From Gemmatimonadota bacterium (GTDB lineage: Bacteria > Gemmatimonadota > Gemmatimonadetes > JACCXV01 > JAHWKZ01): a stretch of DNA of 49,188 nucleotides. Location: the NCBI GenBank assembly GCA_035687725.1, contig DASRVB010000148.1, positions 1-49,188 on the forward strand. Reading direction: 5' to 3'. The stretch's first letter is position 1, and the number at the start of each line of letters is the position of its first letter. Positions 18,684 to 27,338 of this stretch are shown here, in pieces. Below the pieces are notes generated by a model that saw only the letters and a list, made by a program, of their open reading frames with translations, had not been told where the DNA came from and ran no database searches. Both the position numbers and the translations under genes were made by a program.

Positions 18684-19934
18684 ATGTCAACTCCGATTCC
18701 GCTCGAGTCCCTGCTTCGCCCGAACCCCGCCGCCCCGCCAGCCCCACCCTCCAACGGCCAGCCCTACACCAACGGCAATGGCAAACGGCCCGGCCATACC
18801 AACGGCAACGGCCATGGCATGCCGGAGATCGAGCTCCCGATCGGCCCACCCCTTCGCTTCGAGGAGCCCCTCGAGGAGCTCGACCTGTCCATCCGGCGCC
18901 ACACCTGGGGCAAGAAGGCGCGCCTGCTGAAGGCGTTCCTGCTCGGCCGTCCGGTGTGGGTCACCTGGCAGGTGACCTACAACTGCAACTACGGGTGTTC
19001 GTTCTGCACGTACTGGAAGAACGACTTCAAGCCCCATGAGGAGAACTCGCTCGAGGATTTCGCGGTCGGGGCCCGGAAGCTGTCGGAGCTCGGCTCGCTC
19101 ATCGTCTCGCTGGCGGGAGGGGAGCCGATGCTGCGCCGCGACATCCATCACATCGTGGACATCGTAGCGCGGGATCACTTCCCCTACCTGACCACCTCGG
19201 GCTCGGGCATGACGACGAAGCGGGCGCGCCAGCTCTGGGAGGCGGGCTTATGGGGCTGCTCCGTATCCATCGACTATGCCGATCCGGAGAAGCACGCCGA
19301 GCACAGGGGGGTGAAGTTCGCGTTCGAGCGGGCGATCAAGGCGATCGAGCAGCTCATGGAGGCGCGCACCGACCTGTCATATCAGCGCGTGCAGATCATC
19401 TCCGTGCTGACCGACGACAACCTCGACGAGATGCCGAAGCTCTGCGAGCTGGCCCGCAAGCTGGGTGTGTACTGGCAGGTCCAGCCGTACTCCGTGATGA
19501 AGACCGGAAACGAGGGGCAGCGTCACCTGCGCGGCGCGACCGAGGTCCTGATGGACCTCAAGCGGCGATACCCGGATACCTTCCATACGAATCGGCTGTA
19601 CCTGGAGCGCTTCGACGAGGCGGTGAACGACGGCATCTCGGGGTGCATAGCGGGACGCGCGATGTTCAACATAGACAACCAGATGGTGGTCTCGAAATGC
19701 GTCGAGTTCAACCTCACCGAGCCCTGCGGGAATTTGCGCAGCGAGGACATGCGAACGGTGCTGGGGCGCCTGCACGAGGCCCACGAGCGGAACACGTGCA
19801 CGGCCTGCTGGTACTCGTGCCGGGGAGAGGTGGAGGTGCTCTACGAGCCGCGCGGATTCCTGAACAGCATGCACAGCTTCCTCTGGCAAAGCCGGCGCCA
19901 ACCAGCGGTCAATGGCGTTTCGAAGGGGGATTGA
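18684..19934 (+). CDS. radical SAM enzyme with C-terminal Cys-rich (SPASM/twitch-like) region; substrate unknown
   Basis: CNYGCSFC (CX3CX2C) at nt 18984-19007, a GGEPML SAM-binding block and a TIM-barrel-like body. The C-terminal cysteines are GCIAGR...SKC...PCGN...CTACWYSC. The first ~90 aa are a Pro/Asn/Gly-rich low-complexity extension. Confidence 0.8.
   Translation: MSTPIPLESLLRPNPAAPPAPPSNGQPYTNGNGKRPGHTNGNGHGMPEIELPIGPPLRFEEPLEELDLSIRRHTWGKKARLLKAFLLGRPVWVTWQVTYNCNYGCSFCTYWKNDFKPHEENSLEDFAVGARKLSELGSLIVSLAGGEPMLRRDIHHIVDIVARDHFPYLTTSGSGMTTKRARQLWEAGLWGCSVSIDYADPEKHAEHRGVKFAFERAIKAIEQLMEARTDLSYQRVQIISVLTDDNLDEMPKLCELARKLGVYWQVQPYSVMKTGNEGQRHLRGATEVLMDLKRRYPDTFHTNRLYLERFDEAVNDGISGCIAGRAMFNIDNQMVVSKCVEFNLTEPCGNLRSEDMRTVLGRLHEAHERNTCTACWYSCRGEVEVLYEPRGFLNSMHSFLWQSRRQPAVNGVSKGD
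18768..18812 (+). repeat. in-frame 15-nt imperfect direct repeat ACCAACGGCAAYGGC (x2, 30-nt period) encoding TNGNG
   Basis: Copies lie at 18768-18782 (accaacggcaatggc) and 18798-18812 (accaacggcaacggc), one mismatch apart. They encode TNGNGKRPGH-TNGNGHGMPE in the N-terminal extension of the first radical SAM protein. Confidence 0.9.
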
Positions 19935-19993
19935 CCACATCCATACTGCGTGGGTAGGATTCGGCTGACTCGATCCGTGGGGAGGGGGTTCTC

Positions 19994-22159
19994 ATGATCA
20001 AGATCAACAGCCAGGTGGTGGACCCGGCATCACGATCGTCACTCGCGAACGGCAACGGTCACGCCACGGCACCCGCGGGGGCCTTCGACACCTCTTCGTT
20101 CGCGGTTCCCGACGGGCGTCTCAATCCCAACGGCGATGCCCGTGTCCGGATCGGCACGCGGGCGCTCAAGGCCCTTGACTGGATCCTCACCAAGGTCGCC
20201 AAGGCCACATTCGACGGCATTCAGCTCGTCAACAGGTATCGCCCGAATCCGTCCTTCACGCCGAAGTGGAGCGAGAAACCGCTCCTCAAGTCGTGGGAAA
20301 AGTCCAAGCCCCGGCTCGGCTGGCCGCGCGAAACCGACTCGCTGTGCCCCAAGTGCGTCATCGAGGCGCGCAAGCGGATCATCGAGGGGGAGGAGGACTA
20401 CAAGGTCCTGATCCACGAAAAGGTGGGCGAGATAAAGGCCCAGATCGTGGAGCGCGACGGTCAGGTGTGGATGGTCAAGGAGTGCCCGCAGCACGGTCGC
20501 TTCGAGGACCTGATGGCGATCGACTCACGGTTCCTGGAATGGATCGAGTCGAACTTCCCGGGCCGCGACCTGCGCGCGCACAACGACGGCGGCTTGCACG
20601 ACCATGGCTCGTCCACGATCAAGCACGGCCGCGGGTCGGTGCTCACCGTGGACCTGACGAACCGCTGCAACATGATGTGCGATCCCTGCTTCATGGACGC
20701 CAACCAGGTCGGCTTCGTCCACGAACTGGAGTGGGAGGAGATCCAGGAGATCCTCGATAACGCGCTGAAGATCAAGCCCCGGCGCCAGATGTCGGTCCAG
20801 TTCTCGGGCGGCGAGCCGACCCTGTCACCGCACTTCCTCCGCGCGGTGAGGTACGCGCGCGACATCGGATACAACTCCGTCCAGGCCGCGACCAACGGCA
20901 TCGAGTTCGCCAAGAGCGCGGAGTTCGCCAAGCAGGCGGCCGAGGCGGGTCTGAGGTTCGTATACCTGCAGTTCGACGGCATCGGCAACGACGCAAACAG
21001 TCACCGCAAGGTGGGCAATCTGTTCGACGTCAAGCTCAAGGCGATCGACAACCTGTACAACGCCGGCGTCCAGATCGTGCTCGTCACGACGCTCGTGAAC
21101 ACGGTGAACAACGACCAGGTCGGGCCGATCGTCAGGTTCGCGCTCGACAATCCGAAGAAGATCGCGTTCATCGCCTTCCAGCCGGTGTCGTTCACCGGCC
21201 GCGACGACGAGATCACGGACGAGCGCCGGATGCGGCAGCGGTACACGCTCTCCCATATGGCGCGGGACGTGAAGCATCAGCTTGGCGTGACCGAGCCGTT
21301 GCGCGACTGGTTCCCGATCTCCCTGATGGGCCCGTTCGCGGACTTCGCGGACATGGTTCACGGCCCGACGGCCGAATGGGGCCAGACCAGCTGCGGCTGC
21401 CATCCGAACTGCGGGGTCGGAACCGCGCTCATGATCAACAAGAACACCAAGGAGTTCCGCCCGGTGCCGGAGTTCCTCGACATTCCGGGGCTCATCGCGG
21501 ACGTCCAGAAGATCACCGACGCCAACCGTGGCAAGTGGATGTCGAACGCCATGATGGGATTGGCCCTGCTGAAGAACTACGCGCCCTACAAGGCGCCGCC
21601 GAGCCTGACGCTGATCGACATCTTCAAGAAGTTCGACAAGTCGTTCGGCTTGACCGGCAAGGACTATGGCTCGCTGGGTCCCGACGGCGCGTGGGAGCGG
21701 CGCAAGGATCCATGGAACTTCCTCTTCGTGGCCGGGATGTGGTTCCAGGACCTGTTCAATTACGACTTCCGCCGAACGGAGATGTGCATCATCCCTTACG
21801 CCACGCAGGAAGGGGAGATCTCGTTCTGCGCCTACAACACCGGACACGGGTGGCGGAACATCATCGAGAACATGCACAAGAACGCCACCGTGGCCGAGTG
21901 GTACAAGGAGAAGGGGCGCCATGAGATCTTCGCCGGCGGCAAGGAAGTTCCGCTGGGAAACTACGACCACGCGCTGAAGGTCGACGCGGCGGACGCGGCG
22001 CGCGTGCGCGACCGCGGCGAAGGTCCGCAGAACGCGCACGAGGAGCGCCTGGCGGCGAAGAAGGCTGCGCGCGAGGCGCAGATGGTGCGCGAGTACTACG
22101 AGAAGATGGTGCTCAAGAAGAAAGGGGAGGAGCAACAGCTCGTACAGATCGACCTGTAG
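19994..22159 (+). CDS. radical SAM enzyme of the MJ0619 / tetraether lipid synthase (Tes, GDGT-MAS) family, with extra N- and C-terminal extensions
   Basis: 721 aa. Zinc-ribbon/rubredoxin-like CPKC...CPQH (res 118-167), CNMMCDPC triad (nt 20666-20689), then QFSGGEPT, YLQFDGIG and FQPVSFTGRDDE. A second Cys cluster SCGCHPNC lies at res 467-473, and the C-terminus has MCIIPYATQEGEISFCAYNTGHGWR. The order and wording of these blocks match my recollection of MJ0619-family proteins. Not verified by search. Confidence 0.75.
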   Translation: MIKINSQVVDPASRSSLANGNGHATAPAGAFDTSSFAVPDGRLNPNGDARVRIGTRALKALDWILTKVAKATFDGIQLVNRYRPNPSFTPKWSEKPLLKSWEKSKPRLGWPRETDSLCPKCVIEARKRIIEGEEDYKVLIHEKVGEIKAQIVERDGQVWMVKECPQHGRFEDLMAIDSRFLEWIESNFPGRDLRAHNDGGLHDHGSSTIKHGRGSVLTVDLTNRCNMMCDPCFMDANQVGFVHELEWEEIQEILDNALKIKPRRQMSVQFSGGEPTLSPHFLRAVRYARDIGYNSVQAATNGIEFAKSAEFAKQAAEAGLRFVYLQFDGIGNDANSHRKVGNLFDVKLKAIDNLYNAGVQIVLVTTLVNTVNNDQVGPIVRFALDNPKKIAFIAFQPVSFTGRDDEITDERRMRQRYTLSHMARDVKHQLGVTEPLRDWFPISLMGPFADFADMVHGPTAEWGQTSCGCHPNCGVGTALMINKNTKEFRPVPEFLDIPGLIADVQKITDANRGKWMSNAMMGLALLKNYAPYKAPPSLTLIDIFKKFDKSFGLTGKDYGSLGPDGAWERRKDPWNFLFVAGMWFQDLFNYDFRRTEMCIIPYATQEGEISFCAYNTGHGWRNIIENMHKNATVAEWYKEKGRHEIFAGGKEVPLGNYDHALKVDAADAARVRDRGEGPQNAHEERLAAKKAAREAQMVREYYEKMVLKKKGEEQQLVQIDL

Positions 22160-22179
22160 GTGCCGTCTTCATCGATCTG

Positions 22180-22776
22180 TTATCTATAGAAGGGGTTGGC
22201 GCCGGCGGCGTGGTCGGTCGTGTCGACTACCTGCTCGATTTCGGGCAGGAGCTCCTTCAGGCGCGTCTCGATCCCCTGCTTGAGGGTGACGTCGACGAGG
22301 CCGCAGCCGTGGCACCCTCCGCCGAAGCTCAGGTACACCACTCCGTCCTCCACTCCCGCCAGCTCGACCCGACCGCCGTGGGCCGCGACCGCGGGATTGA
22401 TCTCGGTGTCGAGCAGACGCCGGATCTTCTCGGCGGTGGTTCCCGTCAGGTCCGCGCGGGCCCCGGAAGGGATCGTCGGCGATGGTAGGGGATTGGGGTT
22501 CTCGAACCGGAAGCCGCTCTCCAGCAGGGTCTCCCGGTAGTCCAGGCGCGCTCCCCGCAGCCAGCCGGCGCTTTCGGGGTCCAGCACGATCCGGAAGCCG
22601 ACCTCCTCCAGGACGAAGTCGTCGTCCCGCACCTCGTCGGCCGCCATCGCGGCCAGCCTGTACTGGAAGCCCTGCCCGCCAGGACGCGCCTCGATCCGGA
22701 GGTGGTCCCGCGGCGGAGCGGCGCGTTCGAGCGACGCCTGGATCTTCTCTCGGGCAACGGGGGTGAGCTCGAGCAC
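22180..22776 (-). CDS. nfuA: Fe-S cluster carrier NfuA (degenerate A-type N-domain + Nfu domain)
   Basis: 198 aa. The IscA/HesB-like N-terminal half lacks the Cys ligands. The C-terminal half (INPAVAAHGGRVELAGVEDGVVYLSFGGGCHGCGLVDVTLKQGIE) parallels E. coli NfuA, including the CxxC. Confidence 0.85.
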   Translation of the reverse strand: MLELTPVAREKIQASLERAAPPRDHLRIEARPGGQGFQYRLAAMAADEVRDDDFVLEEVGFRIVLDPESAGWLRGARLDYRETLLESGFRFENPNPLPSPTIPSGARADLTGTTAEKIRRLLDTEINPAVAAHGGRVELAGVEDGVVYLSFGGGCHGCGLVDVTLKQGIETRLKELLPEIEQVVDTTDHAAGANPFYR

Positions 22777-22858
22777 GGCGACCTCCTCGGGGGGCGATTG
22801 TAGCGGCGCGGGATTGGCGCCGCAAATCGATCGCCCGCCGAAACAGCCTGCGCCGACC

Positions 22859-22887
22859 TTGATGAAGTCGGTGAGCGCAAATAACTT
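22859..22887 (+). promoter_or_regulatory. weak sigma70-like promoter candidate for hldE (TTGATG-N17-TAACTT)
   Basis: The hexamers are at 22859-22864 and 22882-22887, and the hldE ATG is at 22897. The match is poor to moderate, and a start this close would imply a very short leader. Confidence 0.2.
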
Positions 22888-22896
22888 ACCCTACTT

Positions 22897-24351
22897 ATGC
22901 CCGATCCGGGTCCAGGCTCCGCGCTCGGCGACGCGCTTCGCCGCTTCCGGCCGAGCCGCGTCCTGGTCTACGGCGACACGATCCTGGACGAATACCTGTT
23001 CGGGCACGCGGATCGGTTGTCTCCGGAGAAGCCGGTCCCGGTGGTCATGTACGAGCACCGGGATCTCTACCTGGGGGGCGCTGGCAACGTCGTTCGAAAC
23101 CTCCGGGCGCTCGGTTGCGAGCCGATCCTGGTGACGGTGGTGGGGGAGGGGGATGCGGGCAACGAGTGCAGGGCGCAGCTGGCGGCGGCGGGCCTTGCGC
23201 TGGACGGTCTGGTCGAAGCGGACGGATGGTCGACCCCGCGCAAGCTCCGCGTCCACGCCGGGCAGCACGCGCTGGTGCGGATCGACTTCGAGAGGCCGCG
23301 CCCGCCCGACCGGCGGGTCGATGCCGCGCTCGAGGATGCCATCGCCCGGCTCTCGCCGGGATGCCAGGGAGCGATCGTGAGCGACTACCGGAAGGGAGCC
23401 GTCACGGCGTCGGGGGTCGATCGGCTGAAGCGGGCGCTCGGCGACGCTCCCGTGATCGTGGATCCGAAGGGCATTCACGCGGATGTCTATCGCGCGGCCG
23501 ACTTCCTGCTGCCCAACGAGCGCGAGCTGGCCGATCTGCTGGGTGGAGAGTGGGACGACCCGGGAGCCGAGCGACTGCTCGAGCATCTCAACCTCGCGGC
23601 GATCGTGTTGACGCGCTCGGAGCGCGGGGTTCGGCTGTATGGGCGCGGCGCGCCGACCGACATCCCGGCCCGCGCCCGGCAGGTGTACGACGTCACGGGG
23701 GCCGGGGACACGTTCGCGGCCGCGTTCGCCGCGTTCCTGCTCTCAGGGGAGGACGTCGTGATGGCCGCGAGGCTGGCCAACACGGCGGCCGGGATCAAGG
23801 TGCGCAAGGTGGGCACCGCGACCATCTCCAGAGAGGAGCTGCTGGAGGAGGTGGAACGTGGATCGGCGGCGCAGGGCAAGCGCGTGGACGCGGAGACGGC
23901 CGCGGCCGCCGCGGCCGAGCGCCGGCAGCGCGGAGAGACGGTCGTCTTCACCAACGGGTGCTTCGACCTGCTCCACGCCGGTCACATCAAATACCTGGAG
24001 GCCTCGCGGGCCCTGGGCGATTGCCTGATCGTGGGACTGAACACCGATGCTTCGATCGCGCGCCTCAAGGGGCCGGATCGGCCGATCCTCGACGAGGCGG
24101 AGCGCTCCGAGATCCTCTCGGCACTCGGCTGCGTCGACTACGTCGTGCTGTTCGACGAAGACACCCCTCTCTCCCTCATCGAGGCGATCCGGCCGGACGT
24201 GCTCACGAAAGGTGCGGACTACGCGCGGGAGGAGGTCGTCGGGGGCGATCTGGTGGAATCGTACGGAGGGACGGTGGCGCGGATAGATCTCGTGGCCGGC
24301 AAATCGACTACCGGCATCATCGAGCGGATAACCGAAGGCAGAGAGGATTGA
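22897..24351 (+). CDS. hldE: bifunctional D-beta-D-heptose 7-phosphate kinase / D-beta-D-heptose 1-phosphate adenylyltransferase
   Basis: N-terminal PfkB-type sugar kinase (DVTGAGDTF), an Ala-rich linker and a C-terminal cytidylyltransferase-fold domain (VFTNGCFDLLHAGHIKYLE...GLNTD). Confidence 0.9.
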   Translation: MPDPGPGSALGDALRRFRPSRVLVYGDTILDEYLFGHADRLSPEKPVPVVMYEHRDLYLGGAGNVVRNLRALGCEPILVTVVGEGDAGNECRAQLAAAGLALDGLVEADGWSTPRKLRVHAGQHALVRIDFERPRPPDRRVDAALEDAIARLSPGCQGAIVSDYRKGAVTASGVDRLKRALGDAPVIVDPKGIHADVYRAADFLLPNERELADLLGGEWDDPGAERLLEHLNLAAIVLTRSERGVRLYGRGAPTDIPARARQVYDVTGAGDTFAAAFAAFLLSGEDVVMAARLANTAAGIKVRKVGTATISREELLEEVERGSAAQGKRVDAETAAAAAAERRQRGETVVFTNGCFDLLHAGHIKYLEASRALGDCLIVGLNTDASIARLKGPDRPILDEAERSEILSALGCVDYVVLFDEDTPLSLIEAIRPDVLTKGADYAREEVVGGDLVESYGGTVARIDLVAGKSTTGIIERITEGRED

Positions 24352-24355
24352 TTCC

Positions 24356-25723
24356 ATGCGCGTGGGAGTATTCGGCGCCGGCTACGTGGGCTTGGTTACG
24401 GGAACCTGTTTCGCGGAGATGGGGAACGACGTCGTGATCCGCGACGTGGACGAAGATAGGATCGCCGGGCTCCGGCGCGGGAAGATTCCGATCTACGAGC
24501 CGGGGCTGGAGGAGATGCTCCAGCACAACCTGGAGAGGGGACGCATGCGGTTCACCACGGACGGCCAGGAGGCCGTGCGCTCTTCCGAGGTCGTCTTCGT
24601 CGCGGTGGGAACGCCGGCGGGGGAGGACGGGTCGGCCGACCTGTCACACGTCCTGGCCGTCGCGCGCGATGTCGCGGAGCACGCGGACGGCCCGCGGATC
24701 GTCGTGAACAAGAGCACCGTGCCGGTGGGAACCGGCCGCAAGGTCCGCGAAATGCTGGCCGCGTTCTCACCGCACGAGTTCCTGGTGGTGTCCAATCCGG
24801 AGTTCCTCAAGGAGGGCTCGGCGCTAGAGGATTTTATGAAGCCCGATCGCGTGGTCATCGGAACCGACAACGACCGCGCTCGGGATGTCATGCGCCGGCT
24901 CTATGCCCCGTTCATTCGTACCGGGAACCCGATCTGCTTCATGGATATCGAATCGGCCGAGATGACGAAGTACGCAGCCAATGCGATGCTCGCTACGCGT
25001 ATCACGTTCATGAACGAGATCGCCAACCTCTGCGAGCGCGTGGGAGCCAACGTCGACGAGGTGCGGATCGGGATCGGCTCGGACAGGCGGATCGGGCCGG
25101 CGTTTCTGTTTCCGGGTGCCGGCTTCGGCGGATCCTGCTTCCCCAAGGACGTGCGGGCGCTGGAGCGGCTGGGCGACGAAGTCGGCTACGAGTTCCCGAT
25201 CATGCGCGCGGTCCATGCCGTCAACGAGGCCCAGAAGCGGGTGCTGGGCGAGAAGGTGCGCGCACGCTTCGGCGACGATCTGACCGGGCGCCGGTTCGCG
25301 GTCTGGGGAGTGGCCTTCAAAGCACGGACAGACGACATCCGCGAGGCACCCGCCCTGGTGGTCGTGGAAGACCTGTTGAGCGCCGGCGGCGAAGTAGTCG
25401 TGTTCGATCCCGAAGCCCTGGACAACGCCAGAGGCGTCCTCGGCGACCGGGTGATCTACGCGGACAGCGCGCACGAGGCATTGAACGGCGCCGACGCGCT
25501 CGTGGTGGTCACGGAGTGGAACGAGTTCCGGTTCCCGGACTTCGAGCGCATGCGGAACGAGCTCAAGTCGCCGGTCGTGTTCGATGGGCGCAACCTGTAC
25601 GACCCACGGACCATGTCCGAGCTGGGCTTCGAGTACTTCTCGATCGGCCGTCCGGGCTGGCGGGCGGGCGCGGCGCGACCAACCCCGACGGTCGCGGCCG
25701 AGCTGGCCGGAGAGCAGGGCTGA
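24356..25723 (+). CDS. ugd: UDP-glucose 6-dehydrogenase
   Basis: [36 protein letters not shown], catalytic [10 protein letters not shown], and a C-terminal UDP-binding domain. Confidence 0.9.
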   Translation: MRVGVFGAGYVGLVTGTCFAEMGNDVVIRDVDEDRIAGLRRGKIPIYEPGLEEMLQHNLERGRMRFTTDGQEAVRSSEVVFVAVGTPAGEDGSADLSHVLAVARDVAEHADGPRIVVNKSTVPVGTGRKVREMLAAFSPHEFLVVSNPEFLKEGSALEDFMKPDRVVIGTDNDRARDVMRRLYAPFIRTGNPICFMDIESAEMTKYAANAMLATRITFMNEIANLCERVGANVDEVRIGIGSDRRIGPAFLFPGAGFGGSCFPKDVRALERLGDEVGYEFPIMRAVHAVNEAQKRVLGEKVRARFGDDLTGRRFAVWGVAFKARTDDIREAPALVVVEDLLSAGGEVVVFDPEALDNARGVLGDRVIYADSAHEALNGADALVVVTEWNEFRFPDFERMRNELKSPVVFDGRNLYDPRTMSELGFEYFSIGRPGWRAGAARPTPTVAAELAGEQG

Positions 25724-26718
25724 TGCGGGTCCTGGTCACGGGCGCCGCGGGCTTCCTGGGGTCCCATCTCTGCCGTCGACTGCTTGCCGAAGGGCACGAG
25801 GTGATCGGCATGGACAACTTCGTCACCGGCCGACCGGGGAACGTAGCCCCGCTGTTCGAGACGCGGGATTTCCACTTCATCCACCACGACGTCACGAACT
25901 TCGTCTACGTGGACGGTCCGCTCGACGCGGTCATGCACTTCGCCTCTCCCGCGAGCCCGATCGATTATCTGGAGCTTCCGATCCAGACGCTGAAGGTGGG
26001 GTCGCTGGGGACCCACAAGAGCCTGGGTCTCGCCAAGGCCAAGGGGGCCAGGTATTTCCTCGCATCGACGTCGGAGGTCTACGGCGACCCCCTGGTCAAT
26101 CCCCAGCCGGAGTCGTACTGGGGCAACGTCAACCCGGTGGGGCCGCGCGGGGTCTACGACGAGGCGAAGCGATTCGCGGAGGCGCTGACGATGGCCTACC
26201 ATCGATATCACGGCCTCGACGTGCGCATCGTACGGATCTTCAACACCTATGGACCCGCAATGCGTCCCCACGACGGGCGCGTGGTCTCCAACTTCATCCG
26301 CCAGGCGCTCTCGGGTGAGCCGCTGACCGTATACGGAGACGGCTCGCAGACGCGCTCGTTCTGCTACGTGGACGACGAGGTCGACGGGATCTATCGGCTG
26401 CTGACGTCGGACTTCGTGGGCCCCATGAACATCGGCAACCCGGACGAGATGACCGTCATGCAGCTCGCCCGGCTCGTGCTCGAGCTGACGGGGACGGCGA
26501 GCGGCATCGAGACCCGCCCCCTTCCCCAGGACGACCCGCGGGTCCGGCGCCCGATGATCGACCGGGCCCGCGAGGTGCTGGGCTGGGAGCCGCGGACCTC
26601 GCTCGCCGACGGTCTGGCGAGAACGATCGAGTACTTCCGTCAGCTCCCGGAAAGCGAGCTCGCCGGGCGCGCGGCGACGCCTGCCGGGGCGCAGGCGGGC
26701 AGGACCGCCGGCCGGTGA
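25723..26718 (+). CDS. uxs: UDP-glucuronate decarboxylase (UDP-xylose synthase)
   Basis: [27 protein letters not shown], catalytic YDEAKRFAE and RIFNTYGP; this is the UXS clade of extended SDRs. The ATG at 25723 shares one base with the ugd stop (TGATG). The longer track ORF (25516) is an artefact. Confidence 0.85.
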   Translation: MRVLVTGAAGFLGSHLCRRLLAEGHEVIGMDNFVTGRPGNVAPLFETRDFHFIHHDVTNFVYVDGPLDAVMHFASPASPIDYLELPIQTLKVGSLGTHKSLGLAKAKGARYFLASTSEVYGDPLVNPQPESYWGNVNPVGPRGVYDEAKRFAEALTMAYHRYHGLDVRIVRIFNTYGPAMRPHDGRVVSNFIRQALSGEPLTVYGDGSQTRSFCYVDDEVDGIYRLLTSDFVGPMNIGNPDEMTVMQLARLVLELTGTASGIETRPLPQDDPRVRRPMIDRAREVLGWEPRTSLADGLARTIEYFRQLPESELAGRAATPAGAQAGRTAGR

Positions 26719-27338
26719 CGCGCCTGGTTCTAGGCATCGCGGGCGGGACCGGCTCCGGCAAGACGACCGTGGCGAACAACATCGTGAAGCGGCTTGCGCT
26801 CGACTCGATCACCGTCATCACGATGGATTCCTACTACCGCGACCTGGCGGATCTTCCGCCGACCCGCAGAGACGAAGTGAACTTCGATCACCCGGACTCC
26901 ATCGAGCACGAGCTGTTCGTGCGGCACCTGACGGAACTCAAAGCCGGCCGGCAGATCGAGCAGCCGGTCTACGACTTCACGCGGCACGAGCGGACGGGAG
27001 AGACGGTCACGATCGAGCCGCGTGACGTGATCATCGCCGAAGGCATTCTCCTTTTTCACGTGCCGGAGATACGCGCGGTGCTGGACATCCGGATCTTCGT
27101 GGACACCCCGGCAGACGTGCGGCTCCTCAGGCGCATCACGCGGGATATCCGCGAGCGCGGGCGGACGCTCGAAAGCGTCGCCGAGCAGTACGTGCGTACC
27201 GTCCGCCCCATGCACGAAGAGTTCGTGGAGCCGTCGAAGCGATACGCGGACGTGATCATCCCGGAGGGTGGATACAACGACATCGCCATCGACATGGTCA
27301 CCAGCCGTATCCGCCTGATGCAGGAGGTCTACGGTTGA
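26715..27338 (+). CDS. udk: uridine kinase
   Basis: P-loop [24 protein letters not shown], and [12 protein letters not shown] lid. The GTG start overlaps the uxs stop (GTGA). Confidence 0.9.
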   Translation: MTRLVLGIAGGTGSGKTTVANNIVKRLALDSITVITMDSYYRDLADLPPTRRDEVNFDHPDSIEHELFVRHLTELKAGRQIEQPVYDFTRHERTGETVTIEPRDVIIAEGILLFHVPEIRAVLDIRIFVDTPADVRLLRRITRDIRERGRTLESVAEQYVRTVRPMHEEFVEPSKRYADVIIPEGGYNDIAIDMVTSRIRLMQEVYG

